Positions 39,026 through 48,250 of a stretch of DNA of 64,000 nucleotides are shown here, piece after piece. Position 1 is the stretch's first letter. Each line of letters opens with the position of its first letter. Both the position numbers and the translations under genes were made by a program. The notes under the pieces were generated by a model. It ran no database searches and was not told the origin of the DNA. It saw only the letters and a list, made by a program, of their open reading frames with translations. The stretch is from an uncultured Trueperaceae bacterium (lineage in GTDB: Bacteria > Deinococcota > Deinococci > Deinococcales > Trueperaceae): assembly GCA_963799485.1 (NCBI GenBank), contig CAWCXJ010000001.1, positions 32,001-96,000 of the forward strand, read 5' to 3'.

Positions 39026-40008
39026 GTCAAGACCATCTGCCGGGTGAGGTCGTTTTGTGCGTGGAGGTCGGTCACGAGTTGCGTGGCGAGCTGCAGCGCG
39101 CGCAGGTCGTCGTCCAAGGTACCAATTGGTGGGGTGCGGCGGCGGATACGGGCGAGGAAGTGTTCTAACTCGCGCCGCAAAGGGTTGTCCTCGTGAACGA
39201 TCAGCCTGTCCATCTGAATCTCGGAGTGGCTGGTATGTCCGGCACCCTCGGCGACGGGCCGGTAAATCGACACCTCGGTGTGCGGCTCTTTGCCGAAGTC
39301 CACCCGGAGCGTCTGTTTCTTTTCGGCAATCACGAGCGTGCGTTCGGCGTCGGGAGCGACGCGTGAGGCCAAAAAGCGGGCGATACAGCCGTTGCTAAAG
39401 GTAATCTGGGCAGCGGCGATGTCTTCATGCCCGGTCTCGCTCAAGATGTGCCCGGAGACGTGCACGCTCCGAATCGGGTACGGAACGATGCCCAGCACGA
39501 TGTCGATATCGTGAATCATCAGGTCTAGAATAACGCCGACGTCTTGAATACGGGCGTTCGGAGTCAACCGCCGCGCTTCGATGAGGTAGGGCTCGCTGAT
39601 ACGTTCGCCTAACAGCTCGACGGCTTGATAAAAACGGGTGATGTGCCCAACTTGCAAGATCAAACCCTGGGTGCGGCTGAGCGCGGCCATCCGTTCGGCT
39701 TCAGGAACGCTGCCGGCGACCGGCTTTTCGACCATCACGTGAACCCCGGCCCCTAGTAGCTGTTCGGTCACGTGGCAATGGTCGCTCGTCGGCGCGGCGA
39801 CACTGGCGGCGTCGAGTGTTTCGGCCTCGAGCAGTGCGGTCACGTCCGAATAGGTGGCAACGGCAAAGCGCTGGGCAGCCTCGGCGCGGCGTTCTTCGCT
39901 CGGGTCGACGATAGCAGTGAGATCGGTATAGGGTAGCGCGGCGTAGACGCCCGCGTGGTTTTTACCCATCACGCCAAAACCGACGACGGCGACGTGGAGG
40001 CGTTTCAC
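39022..40008 (-). CDS. Gfo/Idh/MocA oxidoreductase (GnnA-like)
   Basis: VVGFGVMGKNH, VEKP, QVGH..RF, R..DVGVILDLMIHDID. Confidence 0.85.
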   Translation of the reverse strand: MKRLHVAVVGFGVMGKNHAGVYAALPYTDLTAIVDPSEERRAEAAQRFAVATYSDVTALLEAETLDAASVAAPTSDHCHVTEQLLGAGVHVMVEKPVAGSVPEAERMAALSRTQGLILQVGHITRFYQAVELLGERISEPYLIEARRLTPNARIQDVGVILDLMIHDIDIVLGIVPYPIRSVHVSGHILSETGHEDIAAAQITFSNGCIARFLASRVAPDAERTLVIAEKKQTLRVDFGKEPHTEVSIYRPVAEGAGHTSHSEIQMDRLIVHEDNPLRRELEHFLARIRRRTPPIGTLDDDLRALQLATQLVTDLHAQNDLTRQMVLT

Positions 40009-40045
40009 CGCACACCTCTAGGTTGGAGCGAGTTGCTAGGTTTGG

Positions 40046-40855
40046 TCAAGGTAACTCCCCGGGGTCGCCCGCAGGCGAAGGCACGAGTGAGAGTAACATA
40101 GCTTCGCGCAAAAGTGCCCGTGCGAAGGCAACGTGTGCGCTGTGTGAGCCCCGCATGACCTCGAGCCGTCCCAACAGTGGCCTGCCGAGCAGATAAAAGT
40201 CGCCGAGCGCGTCGAGCGCCTTGTGCCGGACGGGTTCGTCGGGCACGCGCAGCTCGGTCATCGGCCCGGCGTCGCCGTAAACGATGGCGTTTTCCAGGTT
40301 GGCGGCGGTCGCAAGGCCGTTCTCGCGCAGTTTTTCCAGCTCGCTCAAAAAGCCGAACGTCCGGGCGTGGAGCAGCGTCTCGTACCCTTCCGGGCCGCCG
40401 CACCACCGCTGCCGACCGATTGCGGGGTGCGCGAAGTCGATCTCGGCGCAAAGTTCGGGGTTGCCGGGCAAGACGCGGCAGCGCGTTTCACCCTGCTCGA
40501 GCGCAAACGCGTGCCCGACGACAAACCCCGGCGGTGCGGGCGGCGGCGCGCCGAGGTCGTCCAAAAGCCCCAGCCAGGGTGCGGCGGAACCGTCTAGAAT
40601 CGGCACTTCGTCGGCGGACACTTCGATCACCAGATCCGACCACCAGCCGCGCACGGCGAGCGCTGCCAGCAGGTGTTCGACCGTCAAAACCTGATAGCCG
40701 TCCCTACCGAGGGTGGTGCTGCGGTTCGTTTCGGTGACGAACTCGAGCCGCGCCGGAATCTCCTGTTTGCCGCGCCGAAACCGCACCCCGCCTGTCTCCG
40801 GGTGCAGGTGTACCCACGACGGTGCGCCGGTATGGAGGCCGTAACCGCTAATCAT
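40046..40855 (-). CDS. lpxC: UDP-3-O-acyl-GlcNAc deacetylase
   Basis: [42 protein letters not shown]. Confidence 0.92.
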   Translation of the reverse strand: MISGYGLHTGAPSWVHLHPETGGVRFRRGKQEIPARLEFVTETNRSTTLGRDGYQVLTVEHLLAALAVRGWWSDLVIEVSADEVPILDGSAAPWLGLLDDLGAPPPAPPGFVVGHAFALEQGETRCRVLPGNPELCAEIDFAHPAIGRQRWCGGPEGYETLLHARTFGFLSELEKLRENGLATAANLENAIVYGDAGPMTELRVPDEPVRHKALDALGDFYLLGRPLLGRLEVMRGSHSAHVAFARALLREAMLLSLVPSPAGDPGELP

Positions 40856-42002
40856 CGTTTTTTCTGTTTCCAGGGTCGTTTTTAAGGTGTTTCCAGAGCG
40901 CCTCGAGCTTGCTCAGCAAGTAGAGCTCACGAACCCAGCGGCGGTGGGGCCGCGCCGGATAGCCCGCCCAAACCTCACCCGCCGGGACACTTTTGAGGAC
41001 GCTCGAGCCCCCCGCAATCCGCACCCCGTCACCGAGCTGAACGTGGTCGGTGACACCGACTTGTCCTCCCAAAACGACCCCGCGCCCGAGTACGGTGCTG
41101 CCGCCAATCGCCGACGCCCCCGCAACGACACAATCCGAACCCATCACGACGTTGTGCCCGATTTGACAGAGATTGTCGATTTTGGTGCGAGCGCCGATAC
41201 GGGTTTCGTGAAGCGTCCCGCGGTCGATACAACTGTTTGCCCCGACCTCTACGTCGTCTTCTAAAACGACCGTACCAAGATGATGGATTTTAACCGCACC
41301 CTGCGGCCCGAAGGCGTAACCGAAACCGTCTGCGCCGACCACCACGCCGCTATGCAAGATGACCCGCGCGCCGAGTTGCACCCCCGGATAAAGCGTGACG
41401 TTGGCCAGTAGCCGCGTTCCTTCGCCCAAAACAGCCCCGTCACCCAATACGCACCCCGCCCCGATACGGCACCCTGCGCCAACGCTGACCCCCGCGCCGA
41501 CAACCGTCCCCGCGCCGACGCCGACCCCTTCGCCGAGCACCGCGTCCGGGTGAATAACTGCCGTCTCTGCAATGACCGCTTGCGGGACCGGGGGCGCAAA
41601 AATCGCGGTCAGTTGCGCGAACGCAAGCCGGGTGTCAGGGACGGTAATAACCGGACAAGAGAAGGTGTTAGAGCCGCCGGGCCCCAGGCTTCCATTTGGA
41701 ATAACGAGCGCGCCCAGCTGCGGTATGTCTGCGTGATTTCGAAACGCTGCTAACTGCGCCGCCGAAACAACGACCACACTCCCGTGCTGAGGCGTGTGGT
41801 CCAGGTCTTCGGGTGACAGGTTGGTAAGTGACAGGTTATCGGCTGACAGTAAAGTGGTGACGGGGCGGTTTTCACCGCTGAGTCGCCCGCCGAGCTTTTG
41901 CGCTAAAGTCTCCGCGTCGGTAGCGTTCGCTGTGCCCTTTACCTTGCTTGCCGCAGTACTTATCGTAGTACTCACGGCAGTACTTATCGTAGTGTCCGTC
42001 AC
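40848..42002 (-). CDS. lpxD: UDP-3-O-acylglucosamine N-acyltransferase
   Basis: [36 protein letters not shown]. Confidence 0.92.
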   Translation of the reverse strand: MTDTTISTAVSTTISTAASKVKGTANATDAETLAQKLGGRLSGENRPVTTLLSADNLSLTNLSPEDLDHTPQHGSVVVVSAAQLAAFRNHADIPQLGALVIPNGSLGPGGSNTFSCPVITVPDTRLAFAQLTAIFAPPVPQAVIAETAVIHPDAVLGEGVGVGAGTVVGAGVSVGAGCRIGAGCVLGDGAVLGEGTRLLANVTLYPGVQLGARVILHSGVVVGADGFGYAFGPQGAVKIHHLGTVVLEDDVEVGANSCIDRGTLHETRIGARTKIDNLCQIGHNVVMGSDCVVAGASAIGGSTVLGRGVVLGGQVGVTDHVQLGDGVRIAGGSSVLKSVPAGEVWAGYPARPHRRWVRELYLLSKLEALWKHLKNDPGNRKNDD

Positions 42003-43792
42003 GGCTGCTCCAGAAAACGAGTAAACCCCAGGTCGATGCTCGGCTCGAGCGGCGGGTTCTCCTCTAACGGGTCTTCGCGGGGGCCTGTTTCCGGCAGGGT
42101 TTCGGGTGTCTCGTCGGGTGGGTTGTCGGGCGCAGGTGCTGATTCAGGGGGCCGCGCTGCAGGCTGTTTTGGGCCACGCACCTTTAGGTCGACGTATTCG
42201 CTTCCCGAAATGAGGTACGGCAGACTGAGGCGCGTCAAAAGTCTCGCTTTACCCCCCACGGTCGCCTCGACGACGAGTTCGCTCGCCTGCACATTGTCTT
42301 CGATCGCGCCTAAGAGTTCGGCAAACGACAAGAGTGGACGCAGGTCGCCTTCGCCCTCGGCAGGGGTCGCGCCGCCGCGCACACTCAGCGTCACCGCGCC
42401 GCGCAGTTTGGGCGGGAGCCGCACCTTGACGCGCTCGACGACGGGCTCTGTGCGGTAGGGTTGCAGCCGCACGTTGAGAAACAACGTCGCGCCCGCCTCG
42501 AGGTTTGTACGTTCCGGAACGACTTCGACAAGCTCGGCGACGCGCTCCTGCTGCCTGACCTGAATACTCATCGAAACGCGCGTGACCTCGGCAGCCTGAA
42601 ACGGGTTTCCGGCAAAAAGGGCGAGCGGTTCGGCGGCGAGGCCGGCGGCGGCGAAAGCGAGGTCGTCCGGTGAAGCGGTCTGCTCGAGCGCCCGCACTCT
42701 CCGGCCCCCCGCGAGGGTGATGTCCCACGCCAGCTCCGCAGTACCGCCTCTACGCGCCGCTAGCAGTTCGTCGAAAGCTTGCAACGTCGCCGAGGCCAAG
42801 AGCGGCGCGTAAAGGCGTTCGTCGCCCGCGACCTCGAAGCGTTTCTCGAGCGCACCCGCGTCACCGCTAAAATGAAGCGTTACCGGGACGAACTCGGGAG
42901 CCTTGCCGACAACCCCGCTGATCGCGTAAGGTCGGTCTTGGGTCACGCTGCCAAGAATCCGCCGTCCGCTGTCGGCGAGCTTGAAAGGGGTGGTGCGGCT
43001 CGGGACGAGCGCAGTGATGTAGGCGGGCGCGAGCGCCAGCGATACCGGCCCGCGCCCTAAAAGCGGATGTCCGAACGCCCAGAACTCATCGTCCTCCAGC
43101 ATCGTCAGCGTCCCGACGGCGGCGACGGTCACGTCACCCCGGACGAGCTGCACACTGATCGCGCTCCCCGGTTGGAGCTTGAAGGCCTCGTCTTGCCGCG
43201 CGTAGGCGTTTTGGAGGCGTGTCCCTGCCACCGGGAGATTAAGGGGCTCGAGCGAGTCGGCCAACAGCGGCCCTAAAAATGCCCCCGCACGTTCCGACAA
43301 CCCTGAAATGAGCAGCGGTGTGCGGACGGGAACGATGCGGCTAAAGTCGATTTCCGGCCCGAACGCGGTGCGTTTGTCCGTTTTTGGCTCAGCACGCGGA
43401 TCGGCGCGGCGCATCGTCGCAATCGGCGTAACGAGCCCCAAGCCTCCGGTACTCTCCGGAAAGGTAAAGCTGACAGCCCCCAGGAGTGCGTCTTTGCCCC
43501 CGTAACGCAGGTAGACCGGGCTGCCGCTCATACCCGAGGCGATACCGCCGGCGTCTTCGATAACCTTCCCGCTCGCCCGAATCAGCACCAGCGGAAAGCC
43601 GGTGCCGGCGTCGTACTGGAGTGCTAAAACCTCGACGTCAAAACGTGCGATTCGGTTGCCGGCTACGGCAGTGAGGGCGTAACCGGTCTGACCGGGCTCG
43701 AGGGCAGCAAGGGGCATCGGGGTGGCGGCGCGTACGCTACCAAACATGCCCAAAAACACGGTGAGTGCGAAGAAACTTGCGCGAGTAATCAT
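41999..43792 (-). CDS. Secreted SpoIVB peptidase S55-domain protein
   Basis: Signal peptide; [19 protein letters not shown]...AFGHP; FKLA...G.VTQDR. Confidence 0.8.
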   Translation of the reverse strand: MITRASFFALTVFLGMFGSVRAATPMPLAALEPGQTGYALTAVAGNRIARFDVEVLALQYDAGTGFPLVLIRASGKVIEDAGGIASGMSGSPVYLRYGGKDALLGAVSFTFPESTGGLGLVTPIATMRRADPRAEPKTDKRTAFGPEIDFSRIVPVRTPLLISGLSERAGAFLGPLLADSLEPLNLPVAGTRLQNAYARQDEAFKLQPGSAISVQLVRGDVTVAAVGTLTMLEDDEFWAFGHPLLGRGPVSLALAPAYITALVPSRTTPFKLADSGRRILGSVTQDRPYAISGVVGKAPEFVPVTLHFSGDAGALEKRFEVAGDERLYAPLLASATLQAFDELLAARRGGTAELAWDITLAGGRRVRALEQTASPDDLAFAAAGLAAEPLALFAGNPFQAAEVTRVSMSIQVRQQERVAELVEVVPERTNLEAGATLFLNVRLQPYRTEPVVERVKVRLPPKLRGAVTLSVRGGATPAEGEGDLRPLLSFAELLGAIEDNVQASELVVEATVGGKARLLTRLSLPYLISGSEYVDLKVRGPKQPAARPPESAPAPDNPPDETPETLPETGPREDPLEENPPLEPSIDLGFTRFLEQP

Positions 43793-43835
43793 AGCCAGTA
43801 GCGGCTACAGAAACTTGTGTGCTTTGCAAGTCGGC

Positions 43836-44867
43836 TCAAGGCTGGCGCTCCGGAAAACGCTCGGAAACGAGGGCGTCCTCAGGTTCGGTCAGCGAGAGCG
43901 CCCTGCCGGTGCCGAGCACCACACAGTCGGCAGCGTTTTCCGCCACGACGACGGGCAGACCGGTCGCTTGCCCCAAGAGATCGGCGAGGTTACGCAGGCG
44001 CGCCCCACCGCCGGTTACGGCGATGCCCTTGTCGATAACGTCCGCAGCGAGTTCGGGGGGGGCAGCTTCCAAAACGCGCTGAACTGCCGCGACGAGCTTC
44101 TCGAGGGGATCGCGGAGCGCCTCTACCACATCGTCGGTGGTCACGACCACGTTTTTCGGCATACTGCTGGTGATGTCACGCCCGCGCACCTCGAAGCTGC
44201 CGACTTCGTCCGAACCTTTAAGTGCCGCTCCGACCCGAAGTTTGATCTCCTCGGCGGTGCGGTCGCCGATCAGCATATTTTCCTTGTGCCGGATAAAGCG
44301 CACGATGGCCTCGTCGAACTCACTCCCGGCAATTCGCAAAGATTCTGCGACGACCACGCCGCCCAAGCTGATGACGGCCACGTCGGTGGTGCCGCCGCCG
44401 ATATCGACAATCAGCTTGCCGGTCGGTTCGGTGACGTCTAGACCTGCGCCGATGGCGGCGGCGAGCGGCGCTTCGATCAGGCGTGCCTGCTTCGCGCCGA
44501 CCTCACGCACCGCCTGCAGCACCGCGCGTTTTTCGGCGTCGGTAACTCCGGGCGGAACACAGACCATAACGTTGTACCCCAAAAGACGGCCCGGCCCGCT
44601 CAGCACACGCCGAAGAAACGCTCCCAGCATCTTTTTGGTCAGCGCGTAGTCGGCAACCACGCCGTCTCGCAGCGGTCTTACCGTGACGACGCTGCCGGGG
44701 GTACGTCCGAGTAGCCGGTAGGCTTCTTCGCCGACGGCGCGCACCTCGCCGGTCTCTTTGGCAAGTGCGACGACCGAGGGTTCGCGGAGTACGACGCCCT
44801 TGCCCCTGACGTAGATTAGAACCGTTGCCGTGCCCAGATCGACGCCGATCTCCTGAGGTCTAAACAT
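43836..44867 (-). CDS. mreB: MreB/Mbl-family actin-like protein
   Basis: GVDLGTA, EPSVVA, PLRDGVVAD, DIGGGTTD, TGGGA. Confidence 0.88.
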   Translation of the reverse strand: MFRPQEIGVDLGTATVLIYVRGKGVVLREPSVVALAKETGEVRAVGEEAYRLLGRTPGSVVTVRPLRDGVVADYALTKKMLGAFLRRVLSGPGRLLGYNVMVCVPPGVTDAEKRAVLQAVREVGAKQARLIEAPLAAAIGAGLDVTEPTGKLIVDIGGGTTDVAVISLGGVVVAESLRIAGSEFDEAIVRFIRHKENMLIGDRTAEEIKLRVGAALKGSDEVGSFEVRGRDITSSMPKNVVVTTDDVVEALRDPLEKLVAAVQRVLEAAPPELAADVIDKGIAVTGGGARLRNLADLLGQATGLPVVVAENAADCVVLGTGRALSLTEPEDALVSERFPERQP

Positions 44868-44998
44868 CGCGCACGGTCTCTGGCGGCGGGAGCATCATAG
44901 CGGTAAAAACAGCACCGGTAAAAACAGCGGTAACGACGAAGGTCACAGGGCAGTATACCCCGCTCGCTGAAGTCGGCCTGAAGAAATCGAAACGGATT

Positions 44999-45568
44999 CT
45001 AGAGATAGAGGGGCGTCACCCGGTTCGCGCCGCCCCCGGCGCGGCGCGCCAGATAACCCGCGTCCGGCGGGACAGCTTCGAAGTAGGGGAGACGTAGCGG
45101 CGACCCCGCCGGGAACCCCAGCGCCTGCGCCGCCGTCCGCTCGAGCTTCACCAGCTCCCCTTCTTGAACCAGTTCGCCCCTGCGCCACTGAAACACGCCC
45201 GCGTAAACGTTGCCGCGCCGCGCGTCCAAAGCAACGACGCCGCGCGGTTCATGGTCGCCTAAAACGCCCGCTGCCATTGCCGCCAGGGTGCTTTCGCCGC
45301 GTAACGAAATACCCAAACCCTGCGCGATACCCCGTGCGGCGGCGACCCCGACCCGGAGCCCCGTGTACGACCCCGGCCCGACGCCGACCCCGACCCCCCG
45401 GAGGTCTTTGGGCGTCAATCCTGCCTGAGTAAACAGTGCGTCTAGGGCGGTGGGCAGGCGTCTGGCGTGGTCGCGGCCTACAGTTTCGCTTATAGTGGCA
45501 AGCACCCCGCCCCGGTAGAGCGCGAGGGCGAGATACGGGCTCGAGCAGTCCACACCGAGGTAAGCCAC
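44999..45568 (-). CDS. tsaB: tRNA t6A biosynthesis protein TsaB
   Basis: GVGPGSYTGLRVG, LDARRGNVY. Confidence 0.9.
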   Translation of the reverse strand: MAYLGVDCSSPYLALALYRGGVLATISETVGRDHARRLPTALDALFTQAGLTPKDLRGVGVGVGPGSYTGLRVGVAAARGIAQGLGISLRGESTLAAMAAGVLGDHEPRGVVALDARRGNVYAGVFQWRRGELVQEGELVKLERTAAQALGFPAGSPLRLPYFEAVPPDAGYLARRAGGGANRVTPLYL

Positions 45569-45599
45569 AGCACCAGCATAACCTTAAACCGGCATAGCC

Positions 45600-46022
45600 T
45601 TAAAAAAGGGGTCGGTCGCCCTGCGTTACGGCGGCGCGGCGCACGTCATCCTCGAGTGAGAGCCGCACGACAAGAGCGTCCGGAAAGGTTTTTAAGAGAC
45701 CTTCTCCCCATTCGACAGCGGTCAGCCGCGCCCGCTCCAGGTAATCCTCGAGTCCTAACTCGAAAAGTGTCTCGGCGTCGCCCAGGCGGTAGGCGTCGAT
45801 GTGAACGAGTACGCCCTCAGGCGTCGGGTACTCGTGAATAAGCGTATACGTCGGGCTGCTGACCTGCGCGCCGCTACCGAGCGCCCGCCCGAGCGCCTGA
45901 ACCAACGCCGTTTTACCGCTACCGAGCGGCCCGACAAGCAGCAGCAGCGCACCCGGAGGTGCGCGCTGTACGAGGCTTTGGGCGAGATTTTGCGTGTCTG
46001 CGAGCGAGCCGAGCAGGGCCAT
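45600..46022 (-). CDS. tsaE: tRNA t6A biosynthesis ATPase TsaE
   Basis: GPLGSGKT-like Walker A, VSSPTYTL, HIDAYRL, VEW. Confidence 0.9.
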   Translation of the reverse strand: MALLGSLADTQNLAQSLVQRAPPGALLLLVGPLGSGKTALVQALGRALGSGAQVSSPTYTLIHEYPTPEGVLVHIDAYRLGDAETLFELGLEDYLERARLTAVEWGEGLLKTFPDALVVRLSLEDDVRRAAVTQGDRPLF

Positions 46023-46313
46023 AACGCCATTACAGCAGATTGTTAGCAGGTGTTATCTGGTCGGTAACACTTTCCATTTAAGGTTTACCGACTGGAACGC
46101 ACATTCTGACGATGACCTGCTTGTGCTCACTAAGGGCATGTCCCCAAGGGTATAGCGGCGTCAACCTAGCGTAGCAATGCTAAATCCGGCAATCTACCTG
46201 CAACGCGAGCTGACCCGGTAAAGCCAAGTTCGACTGCTCCCTGCTGGGTTCGTTTTACGCTTTTACTTCCAACTTCCGGTTTATGCAGCTGAGTCGGTAG
46301 ACCGACATACCTT

Positions 46314-48248
46314 CTAGCCGGGCGCGCCGACCGGTTCGAGGAGCGTGACGAGTTCGGGCAGGGCGTCGAGCGCAGCTTGCCGAACCGCGCCGCGCCAACT
46401 CGGGGCGCGGGTTATGAGAGCGAGGCTGCGGGCGCGGGTCAACCAGAAGATCACGAGCGTATAACCCTGGGTTTCGACGCTCAGCGTTGTAGCGTCCTCT
46501 TCTCCCAGCCCCTGCCCCAGGGTGTCGGCGCGCCGTTTGGTTAGGCGCACGGCGCGTTGCAGCGTTTTGACCGCCGTCGGCAGGTTGCCTGAAACGAGCG
46601 TATCGGCTTCGATAAAGAGTGCGAGTCCGGCGACACCTTCGTGCGCGGCTTGACGCTCGAGCCAAGCTTGCACCTCCGGGTGAGGCGTAGACGGTGAAGT
46701 TGCCGGGATAGCAGGTTTGGCGGCTGCTCGGGGCGGCCCGGCAAACAGCTCTAGACCACCCAGCATATCGTCTAGCGCGTCGTTTCCTGCCAACAGTTGG
46801 GCGGCGACGGCGCGGGTCGCCTCGGCCTCTTCTTGCAGCCCGGCAATCAGCGCTTCGGTCTCCCGCAAACTCGCCTCGAGTTCGGCTTGACGCTTGGGAG
46901 AAACGCGCTGTGACGCGCCCTGCTGCGCGCTTAGCGCCCCGAGCTGCCAGCGCAGCGTCAGCGCCGCGTCCGAGTTGAGCGTTTGAAGCGGCGTGGCGGC
47001 GTTTTGAGCGGCGGCGACCCGGCCCACGAAGCTCTGGGCGCTCCGCTGCTGCTCGGCTTTGGCCCTCTTCAAAAGCGTCCAACCCTCGTCTAAATTGGGG
47101 AGGAGGTGGGCCTTCTCGAGCCCTTCACGCGCCACGGTCAAAAAGCTCTCGAGTGCCCGACCTGAATCGCTCGCCACGACGCGGTAGCTCTCGGCGTCGG
47201 TCTCGAGGCGGTGAAAGTCGGCTAGGTGTTCCGGGTCGAGGTCGCCCGCGCGGAGCAGGTCACGAACGCGCTTGACGTCGGCAGCGGGTGGGAGCGCCGT
47301 TTCCAGCACCTTGAGCGAGAGCCTGAGCAGCTGCGCGAGTTCAGGATTTTCGACCCCGTACTTAAGCGTATGGAACTCTTCTGCCAAACTCTTGCGAAGG
47401 GTTTCTCTTTGCGCCTCGAGCTCGCTGCGAAAAGTTCGGAGCTTGTCGCCTAAAACGTTTCCGTCGGCAACTTGCTTTTGCAACCCGGCAAGTTTTTCGC
47501 CGAGGGCGGGCTCGAGGGCCAAAAGTGTACCGAAGGTTTCGGGTAAGGCGCGCAGCTCACGCGCCTCGTCACCTAAAATCCTGAGCTTTTCCGCGCGCAG
47601 GTCGCCTGCGAGTTGATGCGCCCGTTCAACCTCTGCCGGAACCCGCTGCTGCGCTTCCTGGGCTCCCCGAATCAGTTCTAGGAGTCCACTCAAACGCCGC
47701 ACTTTGGGGCTGCCCAGGCTGCTGTGTTCGCCCCAGGTGGCCTCCAAGAGCGCCAGTTCGCGCGCCTGCACCGAGAGCTGGTCGTTGAGTTTCTGTTGCA
47801 ACACGCCGAGTTGAACCTGAGCCGCCGCAATCAGCTCACTGGCGTTGCGGGTCGCGGCGTGTTCGGTTTCGATAAGCGAGAGTTGCGCGCGCAGTTTCTG
47901 GGTTTCACTCCACTCGAAATAGATGTTAAACGGCTTGAGCGAAGCTTGCAGCAGTCCTATTGCCCGCGCCTGCGCGCTCAGGCTTAGCGCTTTTTCCGCA
48001 CCGACCGCAACCTGAACAAGCTTTTCGGATATGGTTTGAACGGTCTCTTTCGCCTTTGCCTCACCGAGTGAAAGTGTCAGGCGCGGGAGCACCCGACCCC
48101 GCAAAATCACCTCGGCGTCTTGTGGCGCAAGCGTTTCAGGGGTTTTGCCGACGGTGATGAGCCCTTCGTGCAGCGCCTGCGACACGAGCCGGGGGGAGAG
48201 CACCGCCTCGAGTTCACGGACGGCTGCCTTATAGAGCGCGTTCGCCAT
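46314..48248 (-). CDS. Hypothetical helical/coiled-coil protein with a probable C-terminal roadblock/LC7-like domain
   Basis: 644-aa ORF rich in A/L/E/Q/R; C-terminal HEGVAGLALF..DTLVSG...LGQGLG....TLSVETQGYTLVIFWL...LALIT fits the roadblock pattern. Confidence 0.6.
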   Translation of the reverse strand: MANALYKAAVRELEAVLSPRLVSQALHEGLITVGKTPETLAPQDAEVILRGRVLPRLTLSLGEAKAKETVQTISEKLVQVAVGAEKALSLSAQARAIGLLQASLKPFNIYFEWSETQKLRAQLSLIETEHAATRNASELIAAAQVQLGVLQQKLNDQLSVQARELALLEATWGEHSSLGSPKVRRLSGLLELIRGAQEAQQRVPAEVERAHQLAGDLRAEKLRILGDEARELRALPETFGTLLALEPALGEKLAGLQKQVADGNVLGDKLRTFRSELEAQRETLRKSLAEEFHTLKYGVENPELAQLLRLSLKVLETALPPAADVKRVRDLLRAGDLDPEHLADFHRLETDAESYRVVASDSGRALESFLTVAREGLEKAHLLPNLDEGWTLLKRAKAEQQRSAQSFVGRVAAAQNAATPLQTLNSDAALTLRWQLGALSAQQGASQRVSPKRQAELEASLRETEALIAGLQEEAEATRAVAAQLLAGNDALDDMLGGLELFAGPPRAAAKPAIPATSPSTPHPEVQAWLERQAAHEGVAGLALFIEADTLVSGNLPTAVKTLQRAVRLTKRRADTLGQGLGEEDATTLSVETQGYTLVIFWLTRARSLALITRAPSWRGAVRQAALDALPELVTLLEPVGAPG

Positions 48249-48250
48249 CT

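Noticed and set aside
46255..47082. Long alternative-frame or antisense ORFs (also 2154-2852, 6283-6903, 9711-10355, 43722-44441)
   Set aside because: Shadow ORFs of well-supported genes, expected in GC-rich DNA.
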